A DNA stretch of 63,720 bases, counting the filler, from Octopus bimaculoides (Eukaryota), in NCBI RefSeq assembly GCF_001194135.2. It is 4 parts of 4 records of this genome, joined end to end, with 100 filler letters (N's around TTAATTAATTAA, not from the genome) between each part and the next. Parts side by side here need not be neighbours in the genome. Positions count along the whole stretch, not along the records: positions 1 to 18,250 come from NC_069008.1; positions 18,351 to 40,898 come from NC_068981.1; 2 more parts are not named here. One strand, given 5' to 3'. The notes beneath the pieces were generated by a model, which had not been told where the DNA came from, did no database searches, and saw only the letters and a list, made by a program, of their open reading frames with translations. The translations under genes were made by a program, and so were the position numbers. Shown in pieces: positions 12,182-26,049 of the stretch (the stretch's first letter is position 1; each line of letters begins with the position of its first letter).

Positions 12182-12479
12182 GTATGTACATATATGTGTA
12201 TGTGTATGTCTGTATCCCTGGACTGGCTTGTGCGGGTGGCACATAAAAGACACCATTTCGAGCGTGGCCGTTGCCAGTATCGCCTGACTGGCCTTCGTGC
12301 AGGTGACATGTAAAAGCACCCACTACACTCTCTGAGTGGTTGGCGTTAGGAAGGGCATCCAGCTGTAGAAACTCTGCCAAATTTAGATTGGAGCCTGGTG
12401 TTGCCATCCGGTTTCACCAGTCCTCAGTCAAATCGTCCAACCCATGCTAGCATGGAAAGCGGACATTAAACGATGAACG

Positions 12480-12528
<49 letters not shown>

Positions 12529-12837
12529 GTATATTTACCTAAGGGGGTTGTGGGGAGGGGGCGACAGAGAAAAAGAAGGCTTCGAGAGGAAGGCAGTGAA
12601 TTGGGGTATGTTATAAGTTTATTATATTATTCTTACAATATTGTATATAAATTATATAATATTGTATTGAATATCAAATGATTTATAGTATATATGAAAT
12701 AGTATAATAGAAAATATTTATTTATACATAAAAATTGGAGTGGGAGTGCTGAGGTTATTTTGTGGCCATGAGGGGACTAAACCCTTTAAGTTTGTACCCC
12801 ATTCATTCCTTTATATATTATTATGTTGATATTACAG

Positions 12838-13017
12838 ATGAACAAATCTGTGCTACAACTGGTGAAGACTGTCCAGACAATCTCAGACCAGCTGCAGCCA
12901 TCGAAAGACAGGAGCCAAGTCCACTACTTCTCTCATCTACAGTTAGGGGACTACTATGATGTCGAGGACAAGTTTTCTTCGGAAATAGACGGTTTCTTCA
13001 GGAAGCAGTTCATGCAG
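12838..13017 (+). CDS. HAUS3: HAUS3 coding exon 4 (MNKSVLQLVKTVQ...YFSHLQLGDYYDVEDKFSSEIDGFFRKQFMQ)
   Basis: ttacag acceptor, GTAGGT donor, 180 nt, phase 0-0. Matches HAUS3 FLSQFSLEKY...YTKKQFFQ. Confidence 0.93.
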
Positions 13018-14621
13018 GTAGGTAGGCTGGTCTCGTTTATAATTACACCTTGTAACACAATTTTTGTCCTTGGGTAGCTACTGTTATTTCTTATTTGCTT
13101 ACTCATAGAAAGTATGGAAACTGGCTAATATTTCCTTCGAACTGGCGGTGAGCTGGCAGAGACATTAGCATACCAAGTGAAATGCTTAGCGATATTTCGT
13201 CTGTCTTAACATTCTGAGTTCAAATTCCGCCAAGGTCGACTTTGCCTTTCATCCTTTCGGGGTCGATAAATTAAGTACCAGTTGCGCACTGGGGTCAATG
13301 TAATTGACTTAATCCCTTTGTCTGTCCTTGTTTGTCCCCTCTATGTTTAGCCCCTTGTGGGCAATAAAGAAATAAGAAACATTAGCACGCCGGGCGAAAT
13401 GCTTAGCGGTATTTTGTCTGCCACTACGTTCTGAGTTCATCCTTTCAGGGTCGATAAATTGAGTACCAGTTGCATACTGGGGTCGATCTAATCGACTGGC
13501 CCCCTCCCCCAAGTCGGTCTTGATCCAGCAGATTTGTGATCAAGTATGTTCCACCCATGACCATCCTGTTTTTTTTTAATTCAGGCATAGTGTACGTTGA
13601 ACTACATTACATATGTGCCATTCCTTGTTGGTTAACCCCAGGTCAGAGCTGACCCAGCAGATCTGTGATCAAATGCATGCCAGCTGTGACCATTCAGTCT
13701 TTCGTTCAAGATAACTGTGTATCTAGGAGTCCATCATCTAATGTGTCTTTTCTTGTTGTTGTTGTTGTTGTTCTTTAGCCCTGAGTCAATCTTGCTCCAG
13801 CAGACATATGATCAAGTGTCTTCCTGTTGTGACCATCCCACTGTTTATATACACAGTGTATCTTGGACTACATTATTTAATGTAATCTCCCTACCTCTGT
13901 CCCTCTTTCCTGCCCTCCATTTCTTTCTTTCCCCCTGGCTCATAATAATAATCTAAATTTTGGCACAAGGCTAGCAATTTCGGGGAGTGGTTTAGTCGAT
14001 TGCATTGACCTCAGTACATAACTGGTACTTATTTTATTGACCCCCAAAAGCCAAAGTTAACCATGGCAGAACTTGAACTCAGATCGTGAAAACAGATGAA
14101 ATACCGCTTAGCATTTCGCCCAGCCTCATAATAATCTTTCTGCTGAAGGCACAAGGCCTGAAATTTGTTGGAAGGGGACTAGCTGGTTACATCAACCCCC
14201 AGTGTTTCACTGGTACTTAATTTATTGACCCCTGAAAGCATGAAAGGCAAAGTTGACCCTGGCAGAATTTGAACTCAGAACGTAGCGATGGGTGAAATAC
14301 CATTATGCCCAGCTTGCTAACGAATCTGTCAGCTCAGCACCTTAATAATGATGATAATAATAATCCATTCTGGTATAGGCACAAGGCCTGAAATTTTGAG
14401 GGAGGGAACTCGTCAATTATAGCGACCCCCAAAAGGATGGAAGGCAAGGTCGACCTCAGTGGAATTTGAACTCAGAACATAGTGACAGGCAAAACACTGG
14501 TTAGCATTTCATCCAGTGTGCTAACGATTCTGACAGCTTGCTGCCCTCCCCCTCTGCCTCATAATGATGTAAACAGAGCTCTAATTATAATATTTTTTTC
14601 CCAAATGTCCCCTGTTGGCAG

Positions 14622-14776
14622 CAATTGGAGAAATTCAGCTTCCGCTCAGACAAGGACAACATCAAGAGCAAGTTCGATTTACTTGGGATCTCCAGACCGG
14701 AGATCTCCTTGGTCCGGGGACCATCGGAAGATATGTCCGACACAATCAACAAAGAAATCAGACGAATTTGCAACAT
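14622..14776 (+). CDS. HAUS3: HAUS3 coding exon 5 (QLEKFSFRSDKDNIKSKFDLLGISRPEISLVRGPSEDMSDTINKEIRRICN)
   Basis: ggcag acceptor, GTAAGT donor, 155 nt, phase 0-2. FxLL...E..R.. resembles HAUS3 FQLLDI...EMARLQ. This frame is not in the ORF track. Confidence 0.87.
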
Positions 14777-15601
14777 GTAAGTTGGCTTCTTATCTTTTCT
14801 AAGCAACCTAAACACCATTATCATCACCATTAATATTATTTTAATGTCCGTTTTCCATGCTAACATGGGCTGGATAGTTTGACAGGAACTGGTAAGGCTG
14901 GGGNNNNNNNNNNNNNNNNNNNNNNNNNNNNNNNNNNNNNNNNNNNNNNNNNNNNNNNNNNNNNNNNNNNNNNNNNNNNNNNNNNNNNNNNNNNNNNNNN
15001 NNNNNNNNNNNNNNNNNNNNNNNNNNNNNNNNNNNNNNNNNNNNNNNNNNNNNNNNNNNNNNNNNNNNNNNNNNNNNNNNNNNNNNNNNNNNNNNNNNNN
15101 NNNNNNNNNNNNNNNNNNNNNNNNNNNNNNNNNNNNNNNNNNNNNNNNNNNNNNNTATATATGACTGGCCTTCGTGCCGGTGGCACGTAAAAGTACCCAC
15201 TACACTCTCGGAGTGGTTGGCGTTAGGAAGGGCATCCAGCTGTAGAAACTCTGCCAAATCAGATTGGAGCCTGGTGTAGCCATCTGGTTTACCAGTTCTC
15301 AGTCAAATCATCCAACTCATGCTAGCATGGAAAGTGGACGTTAAATGATGATGATGATATATATATATTTGTGTTTGTCCACGGGTGTTGGTGTGTTTAC
15401 ATTCCCGTAACTTAACAGTCCAGCACAATACTGAGGTTGATACATTCAACTAAAAATTCTCCAAGACAGTGCCCCAGCTTGACCGCAGCAGTCAAACGAT
15501 TGAAACAAGTAAAAGATAAAAGTTGGTCTCAGACCTTGTTGACATTAACTTGTGGTTCGTTTATTATTCCTTCCTGTTTCTTTATTTGTTTCGTTAATTA
15601 G

Positions 15602-15733
15602 TTATCCAAACAGCGAGAAGTCGTTAATAACTGCCAAGATCAATCATGAGTACATGACAGCTTCTAAACGTGCTTTGGAGGTGAAGCTAACAGCGTTACG
15701 TGAGAGGAAGATCAACTGGATTTATCAAGCAAA
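15602..15733 (+). CDS. HAUS3: HAUS3 coding exon 6 (YPNSEKSLITAKINHEYMTASKRALEVKLTALRERKINWIYQA)
   Basis: Long pyrimidine tract + TAG acceptor, GTGAGT donor, 132 nt, phase 2-2, in frame. Confidence 0.88.
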
Positions 15734-15955
15734 GTGAGTTTCACTTTTATGTTCTCTGTGTTCTCTCCCAATCATTAGGTTTTTTTTCTTCTTCTTTTGC
15801 TATGATCTCGATGATATCATGCAAAACCATGTAATTCCTAGTAAATGTGTTCATTGCTTTTTCTTTCATTTTTCTGTAAAATATGAAACATCTGATGCTT
15901 CCAAAATTTGTTTACCAAATGTTGCATTTCAAAAGCTATAATTATTTAGCATTAA

Positions 15956-16176
15956 CCCTTTAGTGTTCAGATTAATCTGTTAAATATCATACTTTTTTCA
16001 CTCAAATTGTTTTGAATTAATCATACATTATCTTACAGCTTTGAAGTTTCGATGGTGAGATAGTTTATTCTTAGAATGTCATTGAAGGTTAGGTGTGAGG
16101 GGCTAGATATGGCCAGTTTGAATGTAAATCATGTAGAATATTTGGGCTGGATATGGCCGGCTTAAACACCAAAGGG
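15956..16176. mobile_element. piggyBac-type MITE in the HAUS3 intron after coding exon 6
   Basis: TTAA|CCCTTTAG ... CCAAAGGG|TTAA; TTAA target duplications at 15952-15955 and 16177-16180. Confidence 0.75.
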
Positions 16177-16780
16177 TTAAATTTGACAGACATTGTTGTC
16201 AATGGGCAGTTTAGCTTAATGGTAGAGCATTCGGCCGGTATCTGACCCCCATAAACCGGCCTTCCCCATTGTAATATATAGGTCGTTAAACACACGTGGG
16301 TATGTATAAAAGATAAATACGTATCACATTCAACTGTATATTTTTGGGAGTGCAGTTGAATATCAGTTATGCGATGACGCTTGATCGCGTACATATTTAA
16401 TCCTAACACTCGCAAATTTATAACTTGCACACTGAGAAAAATAGGTAAATATAATTTATTTTAAATTCAAAATGCGTCTGTGGTTAACCGAAGTCATGTG
16501 GATTCATCATTTCTCTTTTTACCGACATAAAAAAGTGTGCGGTTGTCTCAGAGATTTTTATGGTAGTTGAAAAGACATTAGCATCTATTTCTAATTCAGT
16601 ATGTGGCAAGGCACTTAGCTGACCCCTGATTATAATTATGTATATAATTATAAAATATTTTGTATAATTTACCTAAAAAGGTTTTTTTTTAACATACTGA
16701 CTACTTGGTAAAATTATTAATTATTAATTGCTTGGTTAATTAATTAATTAATTAATTAATTTTACCCTATATTATATATG

Positions 16781-17035
16781 TGGAGGTGCGTGGCTTAGTG
16801 GTTAGGGTGTCAGCACCATGATCGTAAGATTGTGGTTTCGATTCCTGGACCGGGCGACGCGTTGTGTTCTTGAGCAAAACACTTCATTTCACGTTGCTCC
16901 AGTCCACTCAGTTGGCAAAAATGAATAACGCTGCGATGGACTTGCGTCCTGTCCAGCTGGGGGACACATACGCCATTGAAACCGGGAAACCGGGGCCCAT
17001 GAGCCTGGCTAGGCTTTAAAAGGGAGCATTTATTA
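16781..17035 (+). mobile_element. tRNA-headed SINE, family D (V-domain-like); relatives at 7905-8190(-), 36110-36430(-), 53840-54160(-)
   Basis: GGCTTAGTGGTTAGG...GGTTTCGATTCC head, TTGAGCAAAACAC and GCGATGGACTTGCGTCCTGTCCAG segments. Confidence 0.7.
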
Positions 17036-17044
17036 TTATTATTA

Positions 17045-17390
17045 TTGTTCAGTAGTTTTATTTTTTATAACGTGCTTTCACTTCACTACCGAGCGCAGCT
17101 CTGTGCGCCTTGGGTATGTGCTGTGGTTTGTTGTGGTGCTCTTATGTTTACTGTATTGAAAGTGTTTTGCGTAGGATGTGTGCAGTGCCCAGTAGTGCAA
17201 TTTTCTGTATGTCATATATATTTGTAAGTCCTGGTGTTTTTGTTATGTATTTGTCTGAATATTTTTTTATTATACCTAAGGTGCCTACTATGATAGGAAT
17301 TGTTTCTGTTTTTAGATTCCACATTCGAGTTATCTCTATTTCCAGGTCTTTGTATTTTGAAAGTTTTTCCATTTCTTTTCGAGAAACGTT
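17045..17390 (-). mobile_element. RLE-LINE 3' end with (AAT)n tail, just upstream of HAUS3 coding exon 7
   Basis: KLSKYKDLEIEITRMWNLKTETIPIIVGTLG...IQKIALLGTAHILRKTLSIQ*, followed by 3' UTR and tail. Confidence 0.8.
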
Positions 17391-17482
17391 GTCATATTAT
17401 TATTATTATATTATATATATATAATATGTATGTATATATTATATAGCTAGATAGATACTCATAAATTCATACTATATTTTAG

Positions 17483-17657
17483 ACTAAAAGAAGATGCCAA
17501 GAAACTGCGGTCCAGTTCCGGTATGGTTAATCTGTTTAAGAATGATCTTCTGCCCATCATCCAACAGAACAGATTACGTCAAGAGAACAAGATTTTGGAT
17601 TGTTATTATGACCTGAAGTTGGCTCGGAAGGAACACTATCTGGACCAGCTGAACCAG
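17483..17657 (+). CDS. HAUS3: HAUS3 coding exon 7 (LKEDAKKLRSSSGMVNLFKNDLLPIIQQNRLRQENKILDCYYDLKLARKEHYLDQLNQ); last exon found
   Basis: ttttag acceptor, GTGGGT donor, 175 nt, phase 2-0. LP......Q....IL..YDL.LA+..Y matches HAUS3 [31 protein letters not shown]. Confidence 0.9.
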
Positions 17658-18294
17658 GTGGGTATGGGGTTTTTTTTTTTTTTTTTTTTGCTAGGTAATT
17701 ATCATCATCACCATCGATCATCGTTTAAAATCTGCTTTCCATGCTGGCATGGGTTGGACTGTTTGACAAGAGCTGGCAAGCCAGAGGGCTGCACCTGGCT
17801 CCAGTTGTCTGCTTTGGTGTACTTTCTATAGCCGGGTGCTCTTCCTGTCCCCAACCACTTTACAGAGTGTACTGCATGCTTTTTACCTGGCACCATCACC
17901 AGTGCCTTTTATGCAGCACTATCGCCAATGTTTTTTTTTTTTTATGTAGAACTATCGCTGGTGTTTTTTTATGCTGTAAAACACCAGCTTAATAATGGCA
18001 GTTATTTTATTAAATTCTTATTTTCAAAATTAATTGAAACAAACGACAAGTATTTCAACAAAGGAGTGGCTGTGTGGTAAGTAGCTTTCTTACCAACCAC
18101 ATGGTCCCGGGTTCAGTCCCACTGCGTGGCACCTTGGGCAAGTGTCTTCTACTATAGCCTCAGGCCGACCAAAGCCTTGTGAGTGGATTTGGTAGACGGA
18201 AACTGAAAGAAGCCCGTCGTATATATGTATATATATATATATATATATATNNNNNNNNNNNNNNNNNNNNNNNNNNNNNNNNNNNNNNNNNNNN

Positions 18295-18306
18295 TTAATT
18301 AATTAA
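18295..18306. other. Assembly linker TTAATTAATTAA inside a 100-bp gap spacer (also 40943-40954 and 59714-59725)
   Basis: Identical 12-mer with stops in all six frames, flanked by 44 N on each side at three places. Confidence 0.9.
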
Positions 18307-18466
18307 NNNNNNNNNNNNNNNNNNNNNNNNNNNNNNNNNNNNNNNNNNNNTATATATATATACATATATATTCATATGTTTGAAATTTATAGAAAAGCAA
18401 AACACGAAGACTGGTGTATGAACAACAAGCAAGTATATTAGCTTAACGCTCGGAAAAGTGAGACAG

Positions 18467-18503
18467 TCTTTTCGTTTCGAACCTACGCTCTTCAATAGAA
18501 AGG
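18467..18503 (-). ncRNA. Third, degenerate copy of the CUGUUGA hammerhead-like family
   Basis: Reverse complement reads CCTTT CTATTGA A GAGC GTAG GTTC GAAACG AAAAG. Confidence 0.4.
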
Positions 18504-18559
18504 AATATGAGAAAATAAACGCAGAGTGAATATTGATAGCTAAATCCACACACTCACAC

Positions 18560-19522
18560 ACATAATTGCGCGCGCGCACATGCGTATACACATATATACA
18601 TACTTTTATACTTTTATACTTTTATACTTTTTCACGTTTCAACTCTATGGCTGTGGCCATGGTAAGATGTATCTATGTATTTATGTATGTATGTATGTAT
18701 GTATGTATGTATGCATCCATGTATGTATGTGTGTATGTATGTATGTGTGTGTGTATGTATGCATGTATGTATGTATGCATGTGTATATGTATGTATGCAT
18801 ATATGTATGTATGTGTGCAAGCATTCATGCAGGTATGTATATATATGTATATATGCATAAATGAATGGATGTATGTGGGTGTATTGGTGTGTGTGCCTGT
18901 GTGTATGTATGTGTTTTGTAATATTCCTTATGTAAAATCGTGTGTTGAAACATATTCTATTCTACTCAAAACACAAAGCCCGAAATTTTTGGAGAGGGGT
19001 GTCAGTCAATTGATCGACACCAGTACGCGACTGGTACTTAATTTATCGATCCCAGAAGAATAAAAGATGTGTTGAAACAGATATTGTTATATTTCGGAAC
19101 GGTCATTTTATATATATATATATTTTTTTTCTTTTTGCCAAATAAACACCCGCCTTGTGTATTCGTTCTTGAAGGATGTGTGACGACAGCTTTCACACAA
19201 AAGGACACTGAAAGAGAAACAATAAGAAAACAGTTGTGAAGAACGAATATATAGGGTGAATGTTTATTTGCTCCCCCACTTAACACACACACATTGACTA
19301 TCATGAAACATATATATGTATATATGTATACATATATGACGGGCTTCTTTCAGTTTCCGTCTACGAAACACATTCGTAAAGCTTTGATCGGTCTGAGGCT
19401 ACAGCAGAAAACACTGGCCCAAAGTGCCACGCAGTGGGACTGAACATGGAAACATGTGGTTGGTTAACAAATATCTTACCACACAGCCACACCTGCGCCT
19501 CAACGTATAAAATGCATCGTGC

Positions 19523-19594
<72 letters not shown>

Positions 19595-19782
19595 GCATAT
19601 ACACAGACACACACAGACACACACAGGCACAGACACAGACATACACAGACACACACAGACACACACACGCACACACATATATATATATATATGTATAGAG
19701 AAAGAGAGAGAGAGAGAGCAAAGCAGATACATACAAACACACACATATACGCAAATACGCACACATACCGAAATGTGTAGGA

Positions 19783-19835
<53 letters not shown>

Positions 19836-19849
19836 TGTGTGTGTGTGTT

Positions 19850-19880
<31 letters not shown>

Positions 19881-19931
19881 CTATACATAAATACGTGCGC
19901 CCGCACACCCATACACCCACATAACACATAT

Positions 19932-19965
<34 letters not shown>
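18560..19965. repeat. Compound (TA)/(CA)/(TATG) microsatellite field; similar fields at 1-380, 23830-24120, 27668-27800, 30150-30560, 33458-33595, 42180-42610, 44080-44700
   Basis: Directly visible simple repeats; they explain most YI/TH/CV/SL-rich ORFs in the track. Confidence 0.97.
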
Positions 19966-19968
<3 letters not shown>

Positions 19969-21468
19969 TGTCCTGCAGTATGTTTAATACCAACGAGTGT
20001 TTCGTGTTTATAAGACACAAGACAAATCTGTATTTTAGTAGCAGTTTATAACGATTTTTTACTCCTCTTCAACGGAAACCCTTCTCCAAGACATGTTTAC
20101 GGCACCATTCACCATTACTCTCTCCCTCTCATTCTTTCTCTCTTTCTCTCTCTCTCTCCCTCTCTCCCTCTCTCCCTCTCTGCTCCCTTTGTTGATTCTC
20201 ATCTCGCATTCCCACTTTATCTATCAATCTATTTAGCTATCTAATAAAACAGACCATATAAAACGGTAAAATTCAACTGGCAGCAATATTCTGGGACTTC
20301 GCTGATATTCTTGGAGACATTTATATCATTCTACGAGGAGGGTTTGACGGACGGATATAGATTTCAGCACACATGTATGGGAACTGAAGATATATATTCA
20401 TACATATCCATGTGTGTGTATGTATATATATATATATATNNNNNNNNNNNNNNNNNNNNNNNNNNNNNNNNNNNNNNNNNNNNNNNNNNNNNNNNNNNNN
20501 NNNNNNNNNNNNNNNNNNNNNNNNNNNNNNNNNNNNNNNNNNNNNNNNNNNNNNNNNNNNNNNNNNNNNNNNNNNNNNNNNNNNNNNNNNNNNNNNNNNN
20601 NNNNNNNNNNNNNNNNNNNNNNNNNNNNNNNNNNNNNNNNNNNNNNNNNNNNNNNNNNNNNNNNNNNNNNNNNNNNNNNNNNNNNNNNNNNNNNNNNNNN
20701 NNNNNNNNNNNNNNNNNNNNNNNNNNNNNNNNNNNNNNNNNNNNNNNNNNNNNNNNNNNNNNNNNNNNNNNNNNNNNNNNNNNNNNNNNNNNNNNNNNNN
20801 NNNNNNNNNNNNNNNNNNNNNNNNNNNNNNNNNNNNNNNNNNNNNNNNNNNNNNNNNNNNNNNNNNNNNNNNNNNNNNNNNNNNNNNNNNNNNNNNNNNN
20901 NNNNNNNNNNNNNNNNNNNNNNNNNNNNNNNNNNNNNNNNNNNNNNNNNNNNNNNNNNNNNNNNNNNNNNNNNNNNNNNNNNNNNNNNNNNNNNNNNNNN
21001 NNNNNNNNNNNNNNNNNNNNNNNNNNNNNNNNNNNNNNNNNNNNNNNNNNNNNNNNNNNNNNNNNNNNNNNNNNNNNNNNNNNNNNNNNNNNNNNNNNNN
21101 NNNNNNNNNNNNNNNNNNNNNNNNNNNNNNNNNNNNNNNNNNNNNNNNNNNNNNNNNNNNNNNNNNNNNNNNNNNNNNNNNNNNNNNNNNNNNNNNNNNN
21201 NNNNNNNNNNNNNNNNNNNNNNNNNNNNNNNNNNNNNNNNNNNNNNNNNNNNNNNNNNNNNNNNNNNNNNNNNNNNNNNNNNNNNNNNNNNNNNNNNNNN
21301 NNNNNNNNNNNNNNNNNNNNNNNNNNATATATATATATATATATATATACACATACATATATATATGGAGAGTATATATACATACACAAACACCACTCTG
21401 AAGCATAATTAATGTAATGTAAGTATATATATTACTGTTTTTATATGTATGTTTGTCTGCATGTATGA

Positions 21469-21515
<47 letters not shown>

Positions 21516-22422
21516 TGTGTATAGTACAAATAAACACATAAATATTCATACCAATATATGTGTATATATTTCTATATCTAATGTGTGTACATGCGTTCGG
21601 CTGCGTAGATATGTGTGTGTGTGCTTAAATATGTATATTGTTTCAGGAGATAGAAGTACCGTCTGTAGGTCTCTGGCTCACCTGTTGCTTAATGTTTGTT
21701 CTTTATTCTCGGTTTTTACCGTCGACAGATGAGTGAAACGGGAACTAACGTTGATGTCACAACGACGTTTCACTACCGATGTTGTCACTCAGAAAATAAC
21801 TTCATCTCTATCTCTTTCAACTGGCACTGAAATACTTGTAAAAATTCTTATCCTGCCACACATTGGACGGGAAAATCTTCAACACGTGAGGAAACACATA
21901 AATATGCACGTACACATACACACACACAAACAGATACATAGAGAGATATGATGCACACACGCACTCATAAAAACTCGAACACGGCGGATGTGATTTGCCG
22001 ATATTCATATAGTAAGCCGACACTTGCTCGCATTTTGGTCACTATATACTCTTCAACACTGTCACATCCACACTAAACTTGTATACGTGCTATTCATATA
22101 TACGTGCGCATGTCTCTTTTTCTCTCTTTCTCTCTCTCTCCCTTTCTCCCCAACTCTCTCTCTCTCTTTCTCTCTCTCTCTGTATGTATGTATATATTCT
22201 TTCATTCTTTTACTTGTTTCAGTCATGTGACTGCGGCTATGCTGGAGCACGGCCTTCAGTTGAACAAATCAACCCCAGGACTTATTCCCTGTAAGCCTAG
22301 TACTTATTCTATCGGTGTCTTATGCCGAACCACTAAGTTACGGGGACGCAAACATACCAAGAACATCGGTTATCAAGCGATGGTGGGTGGACAAACAGAC
22401 AGACAAATACATGCATACATAC

Positions 22423-22455
<33 letters not shown>

Positions 22456-24066
22456 NNNNNNNNNNNNNNNNNNNNNNNNNNNNNNNNNNNNNNNNNNNNN
22501 NNNNNNNNNNNNNNNNNNNNNNNNNNNNNNNNNNNNNNNNNNNNNNNNNNNNNNNNNNNNNNNNNNNNNNNNNNNNNNNNNNNNNNNNNNNNNNNNNNNN
22601 NNNNNNNNNNNNNNNNNNNNNNNNNNNNNNNNNNNNNNNNNNNNNNNNNNNNNNNNNNNNNNNNNNNNNNNNNNNNNNNNNNNNNNNNNNNNNNNNNNNN
22701 NNNNNNNNNNNNNNNNNNNNNNNNNNNNNNNNNNNNNNNNNNNNNNNNNNNNNNNNNNNNNNNNNNNNNNNNNNNNNNNNNNNNNNNNNNNNNNNNNNNN
22801 NNNNNNNNNNNNNNNNNNNNNNNNNNNNNNNNNNNNNNNNNNNNNNNNNNNNNNNNNNNNNNNNNNNNNNNNNNNNNNNNNNNNNNNNNNNNNNNNNNNN
22901 NNNNNNNNNNNNNNNNNNNNNNNNNNNNNNNNNNNNNNNNNNNNNNNNNNNNNNNNNNNNNNNNNNNNNNNNNNNNNNNNNNNNNNNNNNNNNNNNNNAT
23001 ATATATATATATACATGTGTATATATATATACATGTGTATGTACGTCCATGCTAACGACTCTTACATTTCGCCATCGTTAGGACCCTAGTAATAAATAAT
23101 TTAATAACTTCTGAGACAAGGTTAATTTTTTTCTGAGAGATTTTAGTCAGTTTAAGATTTAGAAGACATTAGGTGTATAGTGTTATCGATTTAGTCCACT
23201 AAAGACGAAAAGTAAAAGCGGCCACGTCGTGATTTGATCTCACATTACATATGAAAATATCCGCCAGTCTTCTCGAATATCAAGAAACATTGACAGAGGC
23301 ATAAGATTTTTTAAAAAATGTGCGGAATCAAGGAAGAAGATTGTTTTTCATTCTACGTATGACCCGTTTAATTCTAGATCAGCGCAGACAGTTGTGAAAG
23401 AAAAATTAAGATTGCTCATACTGTGACTACCAAGAGACAATCTATTGAGAGCGTTTTTCAGACATAGAGTATGTAGGACAGGACTTCATTTCACAGCGTG
23501 ACCTTCACTTGTTAAGGTAATATATAGATTGTGATATGGAAGGAGTATAGTAGCTATTTCTAGCAGATCGGGCCACGACATAGAGGTTTGCTCGGTGGCT
23601 TGTGAATGGTAGTGAATGGTAGAAGAGATAGCGGTGCCGCTGCTACTGAGAAGGAGGAGGAGGAGGATTATGGTAATTATCGTGGTGGAGGAGGACCGAG
23701 AGAGAAGAGGTGTCCTTTGCTTGTTAAGAGAGAACAATGTAATAATGACATAATACATAACATAAGGAACGGAAATAAGACAACTATAGAGAGAAGATAG
23801 AGGAGGAGGAGAAGAGTGAGAGGGAAAGGGAAGAAGAAGAAGAAGAAGAAGAAGAAGAAGAAGAAGAAGAAGAAGAAGAAGAAGAAGAAGAAGAAGAAGA
23901 AGAAGACACGATGATTTTATTGACAAGGAGCTACAACAGTAACACCGCAACCACTCCCACCACTACCACCACCAACAACACCACGTAGCAGCAGTAGTCA
24001 TATAACGACTATAGTAGGGGCTACTTTTACCCCTCACGTTACTACTACTACTACTACTACTAATAA

Positions 24067-24109
<43 letters not shown>

Positions 24110-24339
24110 TTAATAATAATGATGGTTTCAAATTCTTGCCACAAGGTCAGCTTGAGGGAGGTAGGGGTGAGTCGATTATATTGACCTCAGTACGCAACTG
24201 GTACTTATTTTATCGATTCCGATAAATGAAACACAAAGGTGGAATTTGAACTCAGAACGTAAAGACGGACGAAATGCTGCTAAGAATTTTGCCCAGCGGG
24301 ATGACGCTTTTGCCAGCTCGCGGCCTTCCAATACAGGAC

Positions 24340-25423
<1,084 letters not shown>

Positions 25424-25741
25424 AAGAAGAAGAAGAAGAAGGTTTACTGTGAAGTGGCTGCGGTATGTGGTTGTGTTTATCACGTGACAACGTAAAGAGA
25501 ACGTGTAAATTTAGTTGCAGAAGGAAGTTAGGAGAGAAACATGTTCAAAAGTTGAACATACGAAGTGATTGCAGAGACGGGATGTGTTAACAAGTAACCA
25601 CTGCCGCCTTTATCAATATGACATGTGATTCTTTATGTTTGGACATAAAATACTTATATATGTACACGCACAGGCACACACATGTTGATATGATATATAC
25701 ACTCATACATATATGCATGCATGTAGATATATACTTATGTA

Positions 25742-25782
<41 letters not shown>

Positions 25783-26049
25783 GCAAAGAGATGATACTGG
25801 AAAAGAAAATTGTTATGTAACGAATTTCATTAGCTTACAGCTGTTTCTGCTACAGGATGTGGTGGGCTGCTAGTTGAATGCCAGGATAGCATCTTATAGC
25901 TTCTTCAGAGCCTTGAATATAAAGTGCACTTTATTTGGGATTGTTACATTTTTAGAACATAAAGACCTTATGAGTTAGAAAGTTTGTGAATGGTTGTGGA
26001 AAGTTCTTCTCAAGGTAGAAAAATACATGCAAATACACGCATGCGTTTA

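Noticed and set aside
16233-16290. HDV-like ribozyme starting at GGCCGG
   Set aside because: Only 15 nt between the P1 strands, too short to hold P2, P3 and L3 of the double pseudoknot.
16781-16860. Functional tRNA genes
   Set aside because: All tRNA-like segments are SINE heads lacking a complete cloverleaf and continuing into SINE body sequence.
18295-18306. TTAATTAATTAA islands inside gaps, three times
   Set aside because: Fixed 44N-12mer-44N layout with six-frame stops indicates an assembly spacer, not biology.
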